From positions 186,001-230,534 of the forward strand of contig JYFJ02000141.1 in the NCBI GenBank assembly GCA_000934665.2: a stretch of DNA of 44,534 nucleotides. Direction: 5' to 3'. Shown in pieces: positions 12,201 through 27,393 of this stretch. Below the pieces are notes generated by a model. That model saw only the letters and a program-made list of their open reading frames with translations, did no database searches and was not told the DNA's origin. The number at the start of each line of letters is the position of its first letter. Position 1 is the first letter of the stretch. This stretch comes from Catajapyx aquilonaris (lineage: Eukaryota). A program made the translations under genes and the position numbers.

Positions 12201-15200
12201 GTAATGCATGTAACAGCAAAAGTTTATCTTAGTCATATTTTAACTGTAGTTGCGTAATAAGTTTTACATCAGCTACAGTGAAAGCTTTCGCACAATTTTA
12301 ATAAAAATTTAGGTTGCAGATACTTGGAGAGAGCTTATCAAAAATTCTTGCAATGCAGTGCCTACTAAGTGTTTGAAAATATAAAAACTGCAATCATCTG
12401 AATTTCCTATAAAGTGAGGCATAGCTGGGGGTCTTTATGAACGAAATTTCCAGCAATAAATCAACCTTCAAATGGGGATTTACAGCGGTATTAAAAAATA
12501 ACAGTGCAACAGATATTTTGGCCGGTACCTTACACGATTCAACTATTTTTTTGCAGGATTCACTCCATGCATTAAGCTTAGTTTAAAATATTCAACCGAA
12601 TCCTAGCACCTAAGATTTTCTAAAATTAAAAGTAACGTGTTAAAAATAAGGAAGTGCTAAGTGAAAGTGCTAGGAAGTGAAAAACTGGACACTTGTCTTG
12701 TAACTCTCATCCTCTTTCCTAGGAAGCATAGCAGGAGTCGAATCAACTTGTCTTACACTAAGTGCCCGGCTTGATAAAGGTCACAAAAATAGGTACCCCG
12801 TACCTCTTAATATCCCACGGTAATTTTTAGGCCGCATTAAACTTACTTTTCAGTTCTAAAGGTTACTGGAACGGTGTTTCGTGCCAGGAAAACTAGATAT
12901 TTCCAAGGTCACATTAACATTTACATTGACCCTCCTCATAAGTTCAACCAACGAAAATTATTCCCAACAATCATTTCGCACAACACTATTTGATGTGACA
13001 AATTTACCACAAAAAGTGTGACAATATCGACATATTTCGTCTCAAACACAGCAATTTACACCGCATTGGCAAATCACATCCCCCCACTGGACTCCTCGTG
13101 ACAATAAAGCTTGCATGTTAGCCAAACTTGATACAAAAAAAATTGGGTCTGAAACGTACCCTTCACGGAATCGATCGGCCATTACCACAATTCCAGGTAA
13201 ACTGAAATTGACCGCAGAAATCAATTTAACCACCGTACATTTTAAGCACGGACCACCAGAAAAAAAATGTGTTGTTTCTACAACCCAGCACTCATCCCCC
13301 CTCATGTAATCTCCACTTTGGTATTCGGGGCTGCTCACTTCATTTGTGCAGTGCATTTCCTGGGAAATCGGCAACTAAACATGGAGCCGCTGAAAAGATA
13401 AACAAAGGAGAGAAGTGTTGGGCAAACAAGGGGTAACCTAGTTTTTAATTGCAACTGGGTCCGGAGTGGAACAGGTTTGAAACAGATTTTTTTTTTGGGG
13501 GGGGGGGGTGCTGTGACCGATTTAAAACCGCAGAGCCAGTGTTCAATCGAATCTTTGTCCCGATTGTGATATAATTCACCGTGTCATGCTCGGCCACCGT
13601 GGGAATATCAGTCGCAATGGGTTCAAGTATGCGCACTATTTTCCACACAAAAAACCCCTATTTTTTTATTTGTTCTATACCGAGAAAATGGTGGAATAAA
13701 ATTGTTGTTTACTGCATACATTTGATATTAATGAGGCTCTGAGACGCATCTGTGCATGACGCGCCAGAAATGGCAAATGAGAGTGTAAATTAATTTTGTT
13801 GGCATCAGACACTAACCTAAACATCGAACGAGAGAAGCCTGTTTTACATTATTGACAATGACACTGATTGTTGTATACTTGTAGGTAATTCAAGCGGAAA
13901 AATTCACTATACAACATCAATATTAAAGCTAGTTTGATTTAACACAATTGGTCTTACGGCCTGAGTTAACCTTGAGAAATAAGTCGTCTTTTCTCCCCGT
14001 GTTCAATCAGACTCTAAGAAACCTGTAAGGGGCTGTCAGGTGCTCTGTTTGCACAGAACTTGAGCTTCTTAGTAAGACTTGCTTTGTGTGTGCCTAACTG
14101 TCCCTCTTCATCCAGGCCAATGCAGGGAGTAAAATATTATTACTAAGCGTAGCTCTAACCAAACTTCTGTATAGTGCTTTCTGTAATTTAAGGCGAAAGA
14201 TTGAAGAAGCTACTGCAGGTTCGCGAAATGTTTTGTTTGTGCAATTTCAGGCTGAATCAATATCAGGACGTCGCTGGTACTTGTCTCACAAAATTATTTA
14301 CGAGTAGACTTCATTAGATTTTGGTTTATGAACAGTGAAATGCAAAGTACATTCTGAAGTATCACCAAAAGGCACGGTCTGGACAGCGGACTTTGTTGTC
14401 ACTTTGAATTATCAATATGCTCACTCTTGCACTACCCATGCAATTAGAATGAAGGTTTGCCCTGCAAACCTGCAGGAATTGCTTTCACTTGATCTAATAA
14501 TAATGAAGGAGGGTTCGCCCCCCCCCCCTCTTCCTGCGCACTTGTGTAGTTCTGAGCCGTGAAATTCAGACAAACACTGTTCATTTACTTCTACATTACT
14601 AGCTTTCTAGCAGGCTCCTTGCATTATTTGGACTACAAAAATTTTTCCTTTCATAGTTTAGGAACAAATCATCTGCAACTGAAACATTTAACATGAAATA
14701 GGATGCTCGTATCCTTGGCGGGAGATTTTCATCACCCTTAAATTCGCAAAGTGGAACGCAACAGTCCATTTCAATCTGGCATGTTATGTTGACCCGAGCT
14801 AATAAGATGCCCAATAAGGAAAGTTTACACCCTGCGACTATATAAAAAAAACGGATTCTGTACAATGGTGCAATTCAGAAAAGTGACTGATGCAATTCTG
14901 AGCAACACTTTTCCTTCCCCAAATTATTAATCCACTTCGCTTTCTACACGTTGCCTTAACCAAGAGCGTGAAATTAAACACTGTAAAAGGCCATTACGAA
15001 ACGCATTTTATTCAACAATCAAATGTGTTGACTAAGTTTTGCAGGTCGTGTAATTAAAAATCTGCAGAATGAACATGTGACACGGTCGACTGTACAGTGA
15101 AACAAAAATAAATTTACCGTAGCTCTATATACGGCTGAGTGCGTTTGGCATACTTGGATTTGAAATTCAAAAAGCTACTTCATGATTTGGTTCAAATTGC

Positions 15201-18200
15201 CCTGAGCTACACCATGCCAAGGTAATCCCTCCAAAAAAAACTGTCTCATTTTAACATTTTTTCCTGCAAGTGAAAGACGGCTTTGAAGGCCTTTTTATGG
15301 CCGCGTCATAAATACATTGCAGCGCATAATATGCTACACTGAACTCACATAAGTTACCACAGAAATGTTAACATCAATTCATACTGTAAAGCGAAAGTTA
15401 CTCCTTCTGCCTTATACAGCTGTGGAACCTAAATGTGAAATGAATGTCACTGCTTCAACAATAATAACTCTTGGGCCTTGAGGAAATTGTACTGAACATA
15501 TTACTCCCAAATTATTCTGCACCATTGACCTTGTTTTTGCTTTAGTCAAGTTGTTACGAAATTATTTTATAACTAAAACGGAGTTGATTCATGTCTAATC
15601 CTCGTTAGTACTGCCGCTTAACACTTTAAAAGTTGACGAAAGTAGGCCTATATGACTCTCTTATATAGTGTCCTTCACCGATTGAATTTTTACTTGTGCA
15701 GCATGTATTTTATCCTATGAAAGATTCCAGCGAGATGCAAGACATGCATGCCTAATCTGCAGGATGAATAGTAACCTTGAAGTATCGCAGATCGCCAAAT
15801 ATCCACATGCACTGTACTACACAGTGCAGTACGTGCTGTACAGCACATAATTTTTTTACCAACTGTATTCTGACGTAAATGTATCATATTTTAATATTCT
15901 ATATCAGGTGTAGCTCGTTATTTTTTCTACGTTAAACCCTAAGCTCTCTATGTCGTATTATAATCCGTATTGTGTATTGAACAGTGGCACGCAGATACGG
16001 TGTAGCCTTAAATGTACCATATGTTGCACAATGATATCGTGATTTCAAAGTTAATTGAACATTCATAATAGACACCTATTAAAGCATTCCTCGTGATGTG
16101 GTTTTATTTTGCGCTATTTATATTCATCCTGCCGCTCAAATGAATGATTATAATGCCATAAATTATCGTTATCGCCATTGCAAATTATTCCAGGTTACTT
16201 GCTTCCCACCAACCAAAATTAATTCTCTTTCGGTCATCCATGCCTGAAATAGACTCTCTATGCATCATATTAGACACGCAATGAAAAGTATCCCCACTGC
16301 GACTGCTATCAGCCTGTAATTCACACTCACTTTTATGACCTCCAGACTGAAATTTGAGATATATACTGTACATTTCAAATTACACTATTCATGACGTCTT
16401 ACGATGTCTACTGGAAGACCTTGCCCTAATGAGAATTTGGTTAATAAATAATAGATCATCTTTCAGGTGGGTTGACCTGGTCAGTGCTGTGCCAAAGAAG
16501 AACCGGATTACTTTTGGAAAGACTAGTCCGGAAAAGGAAAAAAAAAAGTCTGCCCCTGACCATGTTGAAACAGTTTCTTGGACGTTTGAAATGCACCCGG
16601 AGGGAGAGCCTCGTTTTCTCCCGAGCTCCCGGAGCGTGACATTTCCAAGGCAGGCATCGATGCTTGAACTTTACAAATGTCAAGTTTAGGTGTTTTTCTT
16701 GTCCGCCAGTCTCAACTTCGCCCGAGGAAGATTCTCCGTACAAAAGTACGGAAACACAGACAAAAACGGACCGCGCTTAAAAGTTAACCCTTTCCTCCCC
16801 AAAGAAAGTTCGACAACCTGAGCTAATTACGAGAAAAATGGCCAATCCAATCCGGTGCCGGAACATCCTTATTGAGGAGTTTTCCCAGACGACACCTATG
16901 ATTTGATTGGGTATTGCGCTTCCGTGATTGGGAAGCGAGAAAACAACCTTGAAAGAAACTACTTCCGTCATGGAAGTCTAGGGACACGTCTTTTTGATCG
17001 GGATATACTCGAGCTAAGGAAATGCTTTGGTTAGCTCAATTAAGCAAGTTATTACGGTCGATTCCGACTCCGCCGAGCCTGCGTGTGTACGGGCGAGGGT
17101 TTAATATTCTTTGCGTCTGCACTTGGCTGCCGAGATAAGGGCCAAGTGCTTACCCCCGTTTGCAGTATTAAATCTGTTGTGCGTCCGCTCTTGTTTAATT
17201 ATGAGATTAAGCTGAGTGCGTTTTGGCCTAGGTCAACTACAAACGCGGTTAAATATTCCGCAAGTGATGATTTCCGAGTGGTTGGCTTTACCGCATGTAC
17301 AGTACTAGCTCAAAAGCTGGCAAAAACCGGCACGACACGTGGGTAGTTAGGGTGGCGTCCCGCTAAAGGCGCTGGGGTGGAGCGACGCCATATTTGGGAC
17401 ATCCGACACCCTACATAAACACTTTTCCACGAATCTTTGCATGACTCATGTAAAGCCCACACGTCTAGTAACGACCGAACCTGCCCCAACTTTTTGTCAA
17501 CCATTTCAAAACCCAACTCGAGTCATAACCATAAACACTACCCTACAACCGAACCCAGAGCACCCCTTTGAAAGTGTTGACCTTTTTGAAAATCGCCACC
17601 TTTCTCTTCCCCATTCTTCTTGGCTTGTCACCAGGAAACCAATTAGGTCTGTGTCTTTTTCTTCTCGGCTGATTAGATCCACTGGTTGCGCTTATGGCTG
17701 ACAGTATACTATCAGGCCGGTTATTTGGCTTTTCCTTCTTCTTCAGTCCCTTTATTTCTTCTTGGCTGAGCCCCGGCTCCGTAATTACGGTTGACATTTG
17801 CCGGCGGAAGCTCGCGTGTTGTCGCCGTGACAAGAAGCGCACTCGAATGATGAATGTGCTCTTTTTTATCCGACCAACCACCTTCTAGCTCACCATGATA
17901 GAGATAGAGAAATAGGGGGTGGAATAGCAGATATCGATTGGGTTTTGTATCAACTTTGCCAGGGGAATCCTTCCTTTCATCTGTTTCCTCCTTGGCGCCT
18001 GTCCTTCTGAATTTTTTGGGCGGGAAAAATGGGACGACTCGTGTTGGATTGTTTTGTCATCTTTTTTGTCTGACTTTTTGTATGGTAGTCTAGTTCTCAC
18101 TGAGGAATTGAAATATGAGCTGCGAAACAATGCAAGAGTTCACGGGACATATTGACAAAAAATGTGTGAAAATTCGTCTCAAATTATGCGTGTGTAACTC

Positions 18201-19517
18201 ACAGTTCACACATCACTATTCACTATTGTGTTTACAGAATTAATTTTGAATCTGAACAAAACGTGCCTGAGGTAAAAAAAACGATTTATTTGTTGCATCA
18301 TAGTGTCAACCTCAAGGTGTCCGCATGTAGATGTGGGCAAATATAACCCAGTATTTAAATGAGAAAAATATTTGCTCGAGTAACTTGCTTGCTTATAAAT
18401 AACAACCAATCATAAAGGTTCCTATTTCAAGAACAGTCGCATGTCCTTCACACACATCACCTGCATTTTAATATGTAGGTCAATAGTGACGTTGTATATT
18501 TTAAGCTAGATTAATAATATCTGAAATCACATATTCATGAATGTCGCAGTTTCGTGTACAGTATAGTGCACTTCTGCTCAGATGTTGCGCAATATTATTA
18601 TTAATACTAAAATGAATTAACTTTTTATATCTCGAGCACAGCAATGTGTGGCATGTTGCATTGTATAAAAATATACATCAAAAGAAATTATCACCGTATT
18701 ATCATCCCTCGTAAGTGGCACTCAAGATTTTACGAGAGTTGTGAGAAGGTTGGTTCACCGTGGGTAAGAACGAATGTAAATTTCAATAGGGGTCTACGGC
18801 TTACAAAGGGCATAGTCAAATGTCGTGTCTAATGTCAAGTTAACGTGGAAATTCCACATAAGAAGAGGCCCTCACAGGAGCTGTAATTAACGACTGACCT
18901 AGATACATACGAGTGCACACGCCCTTGACAGTCATGCTTCTCATCAACGCCAAAAGGCACACTTGTTATCTGACGATTCTGTTTGTGTCGTACTATCCAG
19001 AAAATAATGGAGCTAAAATTAAATTCTGCGGGTAAACTTCAATTATTTGCAACATATTAATGTTGTATCTATGCGTTTTCCGGCTCCAAAAAGTTTCGCA
19101 ATTCCATAAATCGCTGTTTTATTGCGCACGTGACGCCAAATTGCACCAATGGCTTTACAGGTTGTAATTCGAAATGTCAGTACAGGAATGTGCCGCACTT
19201 TTATGGCATATCTGGCCGCCGTACCGCAAGTGCCTTATTACAAAAGGCAAGGTCGTCAGTATAAAGGAAGGCTAAGCACAAAACTATTTCATACATCATT
19301 TTACAAGTTGCAGTCACTCAAAACCAATGATAGATAACGGTATAGGGTTTACACGGAAGATGCCCACAGACACGCCCTTCAACAGCATGAACATCAACTT
19401 CAATAAGTCGAAAAACACGTAGCAATCAATCACCTATTGACAACGGAGACAGCCTCGTTTGTCATTCAGTCTCTCGAAAGCGCTGTAGTCGTAAAATTAA
19501 TGGTAAAACCAACTTAC

Positions 19518-19570
19518 CTGAAAGCAGCAGGAACTCTGACCTCTCAATTCCGAAGGGTGCGCGCTTTCTT
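19518..19570 (-). other. Candidate 53-nt internal non-coding exon
   Basis: Minus strand reads tttttttcttcgttttcag|AAGAAAG...GCTTTCAG|gtaagt, a consensus acceptor and donor. No ATG inside. Confidence 0.6.
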
Positions 19571-20422
19571 CTGAAAACGAAGAAAAAAATATATGAGCAA
19601 AAAATTCCAGCCTAATTGTCCGGATAATCGGAAACAGGTCATCTAATAACTAGCTATATTATCATACCAATCTGTTTCCTACATGCATCAGAAGTCTTCT
19701 AGGCAGCAATTATAAAGCGTCATGACATCATAAAAAAATGTTAAACTGAAGCTGCTGATATAATATTGGTTCACCAGACGCGCTTTGCACAGTGATGATT
19801 ACGTTATCGTAACGTGGCTATGCCCCCAATTACATCCGTCATGATTTCCACTCGCAACTCGTGTTATTTTTGTCAATACAACAGGTTACATTTCCAGGAT
19901 TGGACTTGTTATTTCAGGTCCGCCTTTGATCATTTCGCAGCCGAGTTGTTTCAAGTCGGACCTAGCAGCACAAAGCATTTTTTTCTCTCTCTAATTTGCA
20001 CAGGTTAATGGCTTATTCCTATTTGGACACTATAGTTCCTAATTTTAATTACTATTGTCGTATCCTGCAACAACTGGTGGAATGTAACACACATGTTACA
20101 GGATGATCCAAAATATAGAATGTAGAGGATTGGCAGACAAAGCTTTTTTTTTTTTTCACCGGCGCCATGATGGATGCCATTGTGTTTGGCACGCGATGGT
20201 GCGGAGCTTTTTTTTGGCAAAATGTAGGGGGGAAACCCAAACAATCGCGTCTCTTTAGTCCATTTGCTCGATTCGATCCGATGCCTTTCCCAAATTTTCA
20301 AGTGCACACCACGCTTCTGTTCCAATCGTAAGGTCGCATGTTGTTTTAGCCTGAAACGATTTTGTGGTAGAAGCATCTGAGTGCCATCTTCTGGCTGGAG
20401 GAACAGGTTATACCCGTGGCTG

Positions 20423-20458
20423 TTTTTTTCTTTTCTTTTTCTTTTTCTTTTTCTTTTT
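20423..20458. repeat. (TTTTTC)n-like microsatellite
   Basis: tttttttcttttctttttctttttctttttcttttt read directly. Confidence 0.8.
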
Positions 20459-23400
20459 GCAAAAGCTGGTTTTGATGAGCGGAAAAATGGCAAGGTAACC
20501 CGTTGGACCTGATAGCCGGCTGATCTGATTACGTAATTCAGCAGGTTCGACAATCGATTCCTGTCGATTCTTTTGCCGTTTAAATGTTCATCACATTGTT
20601 TTTCAGTCCGGTTTACAAACACTGTTCTGAATTACTGCAAGATACTCACCGTAGGAACGTGTCCGGGTGTGAGATGGGCAGCCATGGTTCTGGTGACGGT
20701 GGTAATGGCGATCCACACCACTGGGCACAGGCCTTCGAATGTCGTAACCTTAAAACCGAATCATTACTCACCCAACCTCATTAGAGTCCGCAATGCCACA
20801 CACACTGTACCTCTGTAGTTGAGGCTCCTCCGTCTAGTAATCACGCCATAGGATGGTGAAATAGGCGGTGCTGGCCTGGGCAGTGTTTCAGGGCGCACCA
20901 CCCAAGGCAGGTACCACTGGCTGTCCTCCTTCATAGTCCAAAGGTATCCCTGAATTTGCAAAAGAAAAACGCAAAAATTGGTGCCGTGAATTCTCCTCCC
21001 CTTTTGTCTTATCTTTTGCACATTGGCGTATGAGAGTGAAGAGGAAATGGGCGTGAATATATTTATAAAAAATTCTTCTTCAAAACAAGCCCTTGGTCAT
21101 GCACGAATACTATAAACCCAGCTTTCTTTATAGCCAAATTTTTTTTTAAAGCTGGGAACAATAGGGAGGATGCCAGGGACAATGTTAAAGTACGATGAGA
21201 TTGTGCGGGTATATTATTGCGTACATTTTTACGCCAAGAAATTATGTCGCAAGATTTGGGGAAGCGATAATCTCAAATAGTCCCTGGAGTTTATATGTGT
21301 TACGGCACTAAGTCTGGCTCCACACTTCCGTGACCTGACGTTTCCACCCATTATCCGCCGTTTTGGTTCTCACGAAACATCTTTGCGTGTGCATGCCCCT
21401 TTCGGAAAAGTCGCAAAGGTTTGGTCCGATTCCTGGTGTATACAGTGCAATTGATGTGGGATAATGAAGATGCAGGATTGAATCGTGTGTAGTTGCTGAA
21501 GTACACTTAATATTGTGTATGGCATGCTCTCAACAAACAATAGCGTGAAAATACGACACTATTCACAAAATCCTGTTCTGTTTAACAAAAACTCTAGCAA
21601 AAAAATGTAGGCTAACAAGCCATCACAGCTCGTGACGCCCAACTGTACAGTGCACATTTCAGTCAAGTCATCAAATGTGAAGTAACTTACCTACTGCAAC
21701 AATTCCAGCAATTGACTCATTTCACAGCGCACGTTTTCCACAAAAAAATGCCTCATTTTTCAGTCAAAAACGACCCAAAACTGCTAGCCCACTACCGAAA
21801 TCTCCCATCACACACACACAAAAATTGCACCATTTCACTTCCAATCCTCCTGTACTATGCTAAAGCCCGTGTGCTAGTGCTGGCCTTGCACACAGGACAA
21901 ACCTAACCCCTTCGAATGCGGGGAAAATGCTGGTGACCTCAATCTCTGTCCGGTAGTTTGGCCTTAGTGGTTTGGGGACCGCCTTCCTGACTGCATTGCT
22001 TGCCCCCAGGTGCCTCCTCATTTCTTTACAAATTTTTTTCAGATCCGCAATATTATTCCGAAAAATAAAATCAACTTTATAACCCAGTGTAACCCACAAA
22101 AATCCTGTAATCTGTTCAGGTCACTCGATGCTACAATGTGACATATCGTATTTAATTTACATTGTGGTTGTGCACTGATTCGACCGGATTTTTACATGCA
22201 TCATTGGACATTTACTAAGCGTTAATTTAACCTAACAAGCGCACATTTTAACCGGCTCATTCGTTTCCAAACTGTGAATAAAACCCTCGAGATGTTGGGA
22301 CAGTCCCGTTATATGTGCTGGCCCGTCTGGTCACCCTTCACCACCTCCTTCGCCGCACCGGGAGGGAAGAAAGAGCTCTAAGGAACGTTACATAAAAAAA
22401 AAAGTCGTACAGTCGTGATTGATACCGATTGATCATCCATTGCACAATTGGGAAGAATATAGGGCAGGTTGCGCCTGAGATAAACGGATTTCGAACATGA
22501 CTCTTCAGATTTACGGTCGCCTCACATGAATGTGAGTCATATGTTGGCTCAATGACACTGAAATGTGAATGGCCCTTATGTAACTCAGGGTTGACCGAGA
22601 TGACTCCAATCAATCACCCGGTACAAAAGACACCATACGTTTCCTGTAAGAGGCGACCTTTTTTCCTGCATGACTTGAACACACTGGAGCGTATCTCATG
22701 CCAGTCCTTCGTGTCATCTCAGGTCTTGGAGATCATTTACCCCCCACAATCCTCAGAAAGACAAAATACACACAGGGGAGAATATACACAAGGGAGAAAA
22801 ATCCTCCGTTACATTCCTGGGGGCTAGACAACAATAGAAGAAGAAAAAAATGTGTGTGAAGGAATACACGCGACCATGGTTTTCACAACTATTTTTTCCC
22901 CATACAAAATCGTACATTTTTCCAACAAAAGGGGGTCAACAACCCTACTCTTCATTCCTGATGAGATATATTCTATGAATGAATGTCTTTCATACACACT
23001 GACCACTTTCAGCCTACGGGATGCTGCGGTTTCAATTTTTCGACGGACCTTCCACAGTTAGAAAGCTTTTGCGGCCTTCATGGACGACTTTTTTTTGAAG
23101 TCTACATCTCACACATTAGAACTTTTGCATTTTTGCGGGGGCTTCTGGTTCAGCTCTTTCCGAGCCCGTGCTCCAAATAAGGTTGCGAAAAATGGCCCAA
23201 GTGCAAGCTCCAGAAACGCTCGTGGTCAGTTCAACCGTGAAATTATGTGTGTGGCACTCCGGAATTTATGTGAGCCAGAAGTGCTTCCAAAAACAATGCC
23301 GGATTTTGAAACAATCATGGAGGGAGATAAATGGGTTGTTTTTCTTGCCGGTTGCGGAAATGCGCCGGATTTTATTTTATTTTTTGGGTGGAAAAAAATG

Positions 23401-23542
23401 GAGTCGTAAAGGGCTCATTATGCTGCAGGCCACTTTCACCAGAAGCGAACATGAAGTACACAGTGAAAATAGCGTGTCGTTAGATAAGAACATGCACACA
23501 TGGCTAGTAATGCAGACTACTCATAAACACATCGTTTTCTAT

Positions 23543-23691
23543 TGTTGCAACACAATTAACACTATGGTGTCAGTAGGGTTTGTAGCTACTCCACTGCACC
23601 AAAAATTTAATAATTACTAATTTAAAAAATGTTGCCGCACAACACTATGGTATCAGTATCTCTACAGCATGGCACCAAAAAATTAATATTA
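23543..23691. repeat. Degenerate direct duplication of ~60-80 bp
   Basis: tgttgc..aacactatggtgtcagta..gcaccaaaaatttaataatta recurs as tgttgc..aacactatggtatcagta..gcaccaaaaaattaatatta about 87 bp downstream. Confidence 0.65.
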
Positions 23692-23713
23692 AAATTTTAC
23701 AAAATTAGCCTAC

Positions 23714-24172
23714 CTTCGGCACAGGTTGCGGTTTACCCTGATGTAAGGTAACTTTCCGGCAGGTGACAACCATTGCTGGATGATGAACAACCACGTTTCG
23801 ATGTGAGCACAATTGCTTCGGATGATTTCCAGCCAAAAAGGCCATTGTTGTTTCTGGCGGCACGAGGCGATAACACTATGCCGGGGAGGTCTATTGTTGT
23901 CCCATGTCGTGTGTCACAAAAGCGTGGTTTGGTGGAGAGAGTTCTGATAGTGCCGCCTTTCCTCAGGCTACATTGATCCTGAACTGTCCCGCCATCCAGT
24001 TCTTCGCGCCATGGACACTCTTCGTTGAACATTTAGCTGGATTTTTTTTTTTCTTTCTTCTTTTTTCGCTTTCTCCACAAGCAAGCGCCGTTGCCGTTTG
24101 TGATGGGCGAATAAACCCGCTTGAGGTTTTTGGCCATTCGTTACGTTTCCAGTATTGCAACGGATAGTGTTT
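23714..24172 (-). other. Candidate non-coding/leader exon
   Basis: Acceptor ccttcttgtttcag| at 24173 and donor AAG|GTAGGC at 23713. The short ORFs inside are not recognisable. Confidence 0.3.
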
Positions 24173-24693
24173 CTGAAACAAGAAGGTGCAATGAAAAGCC
24201 CGATGCCTGGACCAGAATTCTGGTCATTAGTTAAAGCACAGCTGAGCGGCCTTGTAAATATTTCAAGATCGTAATTCCCGCTCTCCGCCAACACAGCACA
24301 GGGAAATGTAACATTTATAGAGGGTGAGCCGATATCAGATCAATATCTCACTTGGGTTTAATTTGGTGGTAGAACATTTTAAAAATATGTCACTGCTCTG
24401 ACTGTGAGTATATTATGTAGTGGAGGTGCTGATGAGGAAAAGCGCTTTCGTGGAAGAAAACGATGAATAATTTATTTAATAAAGGCTGGCACTTGCCATT
24501 ATACGTACGTCCTAAAATGTGAAGTGCTTTACGATTCATGGTTTTTCTTTTTCATATAAAAACATATCTCAGCCAGTCAAAACAGGGCCTTCATTGCAGT
24601 TGCATGTTAATGGTTCTAGTAAATAAGATCATTAATTCAAACAATTTTTGATCACAATGATAGGTTTTGTAACAAGTGAGATTTTGTACTCAC

Positions 24694-24846
24694 CTGTCAC
24701 AGCTTAAATATCACCGGTGCTTCTTCCATTACTATGGTACTGTGAAACTTCTCTGGAGCACAGTTGCTCCATTTTTCTGTATGATATTTGTACCACTATC
24801 TTAATAAAGCGTTTAGTCTTTCTGCCAGAAAGAGGACACCACAGCG
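24694..24846 (-). other. Candidate 153-nt exon, probably non-coding
   Basis: Pyrimidine-rich acceptor catttaattccag| and consensus donor CAG|GTGAGT. All three frames contain stops. Confidence 0.45.
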
Positions 24847-27393
24847 CTGGAATTAAATGAGGAAAAGGGGGGGNNNNGGGGGGATGAAACCTGGAAATTG
24901 CCATGAAATAATAGAAGAACCGAAAGCAGTGAAACTAATTTCTTATTGTTGTAGCCATTTTCTTCTCATAAATTATGCTCCATCAGAGAATATGTCACTC
25001 ATACAACATGTTTGTGTTTCCAATCACATGATAAAACAAAAGTGAACATTCATCCAAGCGTAAATTAAAACTGTATTAATTTAAAATAACATTAAGATAC
25101 AGTATACACAAATATTTCTGATAATAAGTTACGCTAAGCACTAGAAAGGTTATAAAGTTGACCAATGCCATTGATGACCATGTAACCTCCTGAAATAAGT
25201 ACCAGTACTACTGTGGTATGTAAAAAGACCTAGGCTTGCATACATAATGAATGCACAGGTTGAATTACCTGGTTTTGACAGCAAGTCAGGGATTCAAACT
25301 GGAAGTTTACCCCCTCTAAATTCAATGTTCACCTTGCTGCATTCAAAAATACATTATGTGTGCAGGCCTTAATGTAACATGCAAGGAAAAATGATTACTT
25401 GGCAATGTAACAGTTGTATCAAGTACACAGAAAATACAGCATTTCAAAGTACACTCAAGCAAGACTAAATATTGCAAAAATTAATAAATAACAACTCCCT
25501 TAGTTTCTACTGAGTAATACAGTTTCTTGTGACAACTGGTAAACTGAAAGATAAGCATTTTTTTGGTCTGCATGTACAGTACAGGAATGACAAAAAAGTA
25601 ATCAGTAGATGAGGTCATGAAAGAATAGCCATCAGGTGGATTGTACCTGGTCATCTCTGGTAACCCCATCTTGATGGGAATATGCCGTGAGTGAAATGAA
25701 TGAATTAATGTTACCTTCCACTTCATAGAACCTGAAATTAACTCCTTCATAATACACCAAAATTCTCACTAGCATAAGTGTTTTCTTGCTTTTTGTCCAT
25801 AGGGGTTTCCTTTCTTGCCTGAAATGGTGACTCCTGGGAACTCGGAAGTGGGCCATTTGTACTCTTCCGACACCCCAGATGGTCCCCACAAAAAACCTGA
25901 CCTGTAAAAGAACTGCAGAATACCCTCTCACGTCAATAAAATATTATGCAAAGAATGTCACCAGAGAAGTGAACCCACACAAAGTCCAGGCACATTGCTC
26001 CTCAGTAAAAGTGCTGGCCTGTTCCATTTCACAACACTCATAGTGATTACTCAAAACGATTCCCTCGTCCTTACAAGAACAATTGGCTCATCAACATTAC
26101 CACAGCAGCAGAATATGGAATAATACATGGTGCACCAAGTGAAAGGTCTACTTCAGTTATAGATTTTTGGCACTAGGCCAGTTATTCTTAAGTACTTACT
26201 TTAAATTAGTTGCTTTTAGTGCTTATCAAAAGTATTAGCTGCTTATCTTAGGTTGCATGGCCCAATCAGTCTGCACGGGTCTGGCCTGGAAAACATTAAG
26301 TTCTATCATTGACATTCAGTACCAATTGTTCCAACAGATGATTGCCAATCAGAAATTCGCTGCATTTCAGGGCTTGGTCAGATGTTTCAATTTGGCCTTA
26401 TTAATGACTAAGAGTAAATACTACAAAGTAACTGCTTACAAATAAATGTTAGGTAGGAGATAAAGAGAGATGCCAGACTTTTTTCTCTTCTTTTTTTTCT
26501 CTTCGTTTCTATCTCCTTTATGCAAGCCTTTATGTCTCACTTTCATATATTCTCATAGACAGATAACCATAATAGCTTTGGCTCCTTCCCAACCAAACAG
26601 TGTAGTGGCAAAAATTGATAACTAAAAGGTGCATTTCAATTGGAACACCCTGCAAACTTGAGCAGGTGCTGTACAACTCTTAAAATGGACACTTTATACA
26701 GATTATTCTATCGAAAGTCCTGGATGCACTCTGGTCAGAACAGGAGAAAGAGATGGAGCGTTGGAGAATACAGTGGCAAGACAGAGAATGGTTAGTATCC
26801 CTTTGCTGTTACATGTTACAAAAATAAAGAGCCATCAGCATGCTGTCCACATTTACTTAGCATGCTGAAGAACTTACACATTTCATGTTCTGCTCAATCA
26901 ATAGGACATATCATAACTTGTTATACAGCAGTGACATCCGCATTTCCAAAAAAAGAGTGACTGTCATTTCAAGGTGTATGACACTAGTGCCCTAATGGAG
27001 TTAGAAAATAGGCAGATGCTCAATTACTTTTTTATTTCATGTCAGTAATTTTTCCTAAGCCTCTCCTTACAAGAAAGGAACAAATTCAAGTAAATTAATT
27101 ATCTTACAGTGAACATTCATAATTTTATGCCCACATGTGACTCTCCACCACCCTGATACTCTTGTTCCCTCCGCCTTACTGACAAAAAATCCAAATGATT
27201 TCATTACACAGTTGTCTTTTAAAGTGCAATAATAGTCACATGATAACACTGGCTCATACACTCAAGTGCTTCACTTATTCTTTCACCATGCAATCCTACC
27301 AATATAGCCTCACTCACTAACAACCTATACAATATCTTGACGTCATGGAGCAAAGCTGTATTCAACACTTCCCACTTATTTTACTTGATAGGC

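Noticed and set aside
20005..20622. 205-aa minus ORF with KRKRKR
   Set aside because: The basic run derives from a TTTTTC microsatellite, and no domain is recognisable.
24868..24883. N bases within G/C homopolymers (also 3321 and 43089)
   Set aside because: Sequencing ambiguity in homopolymers, not biology.
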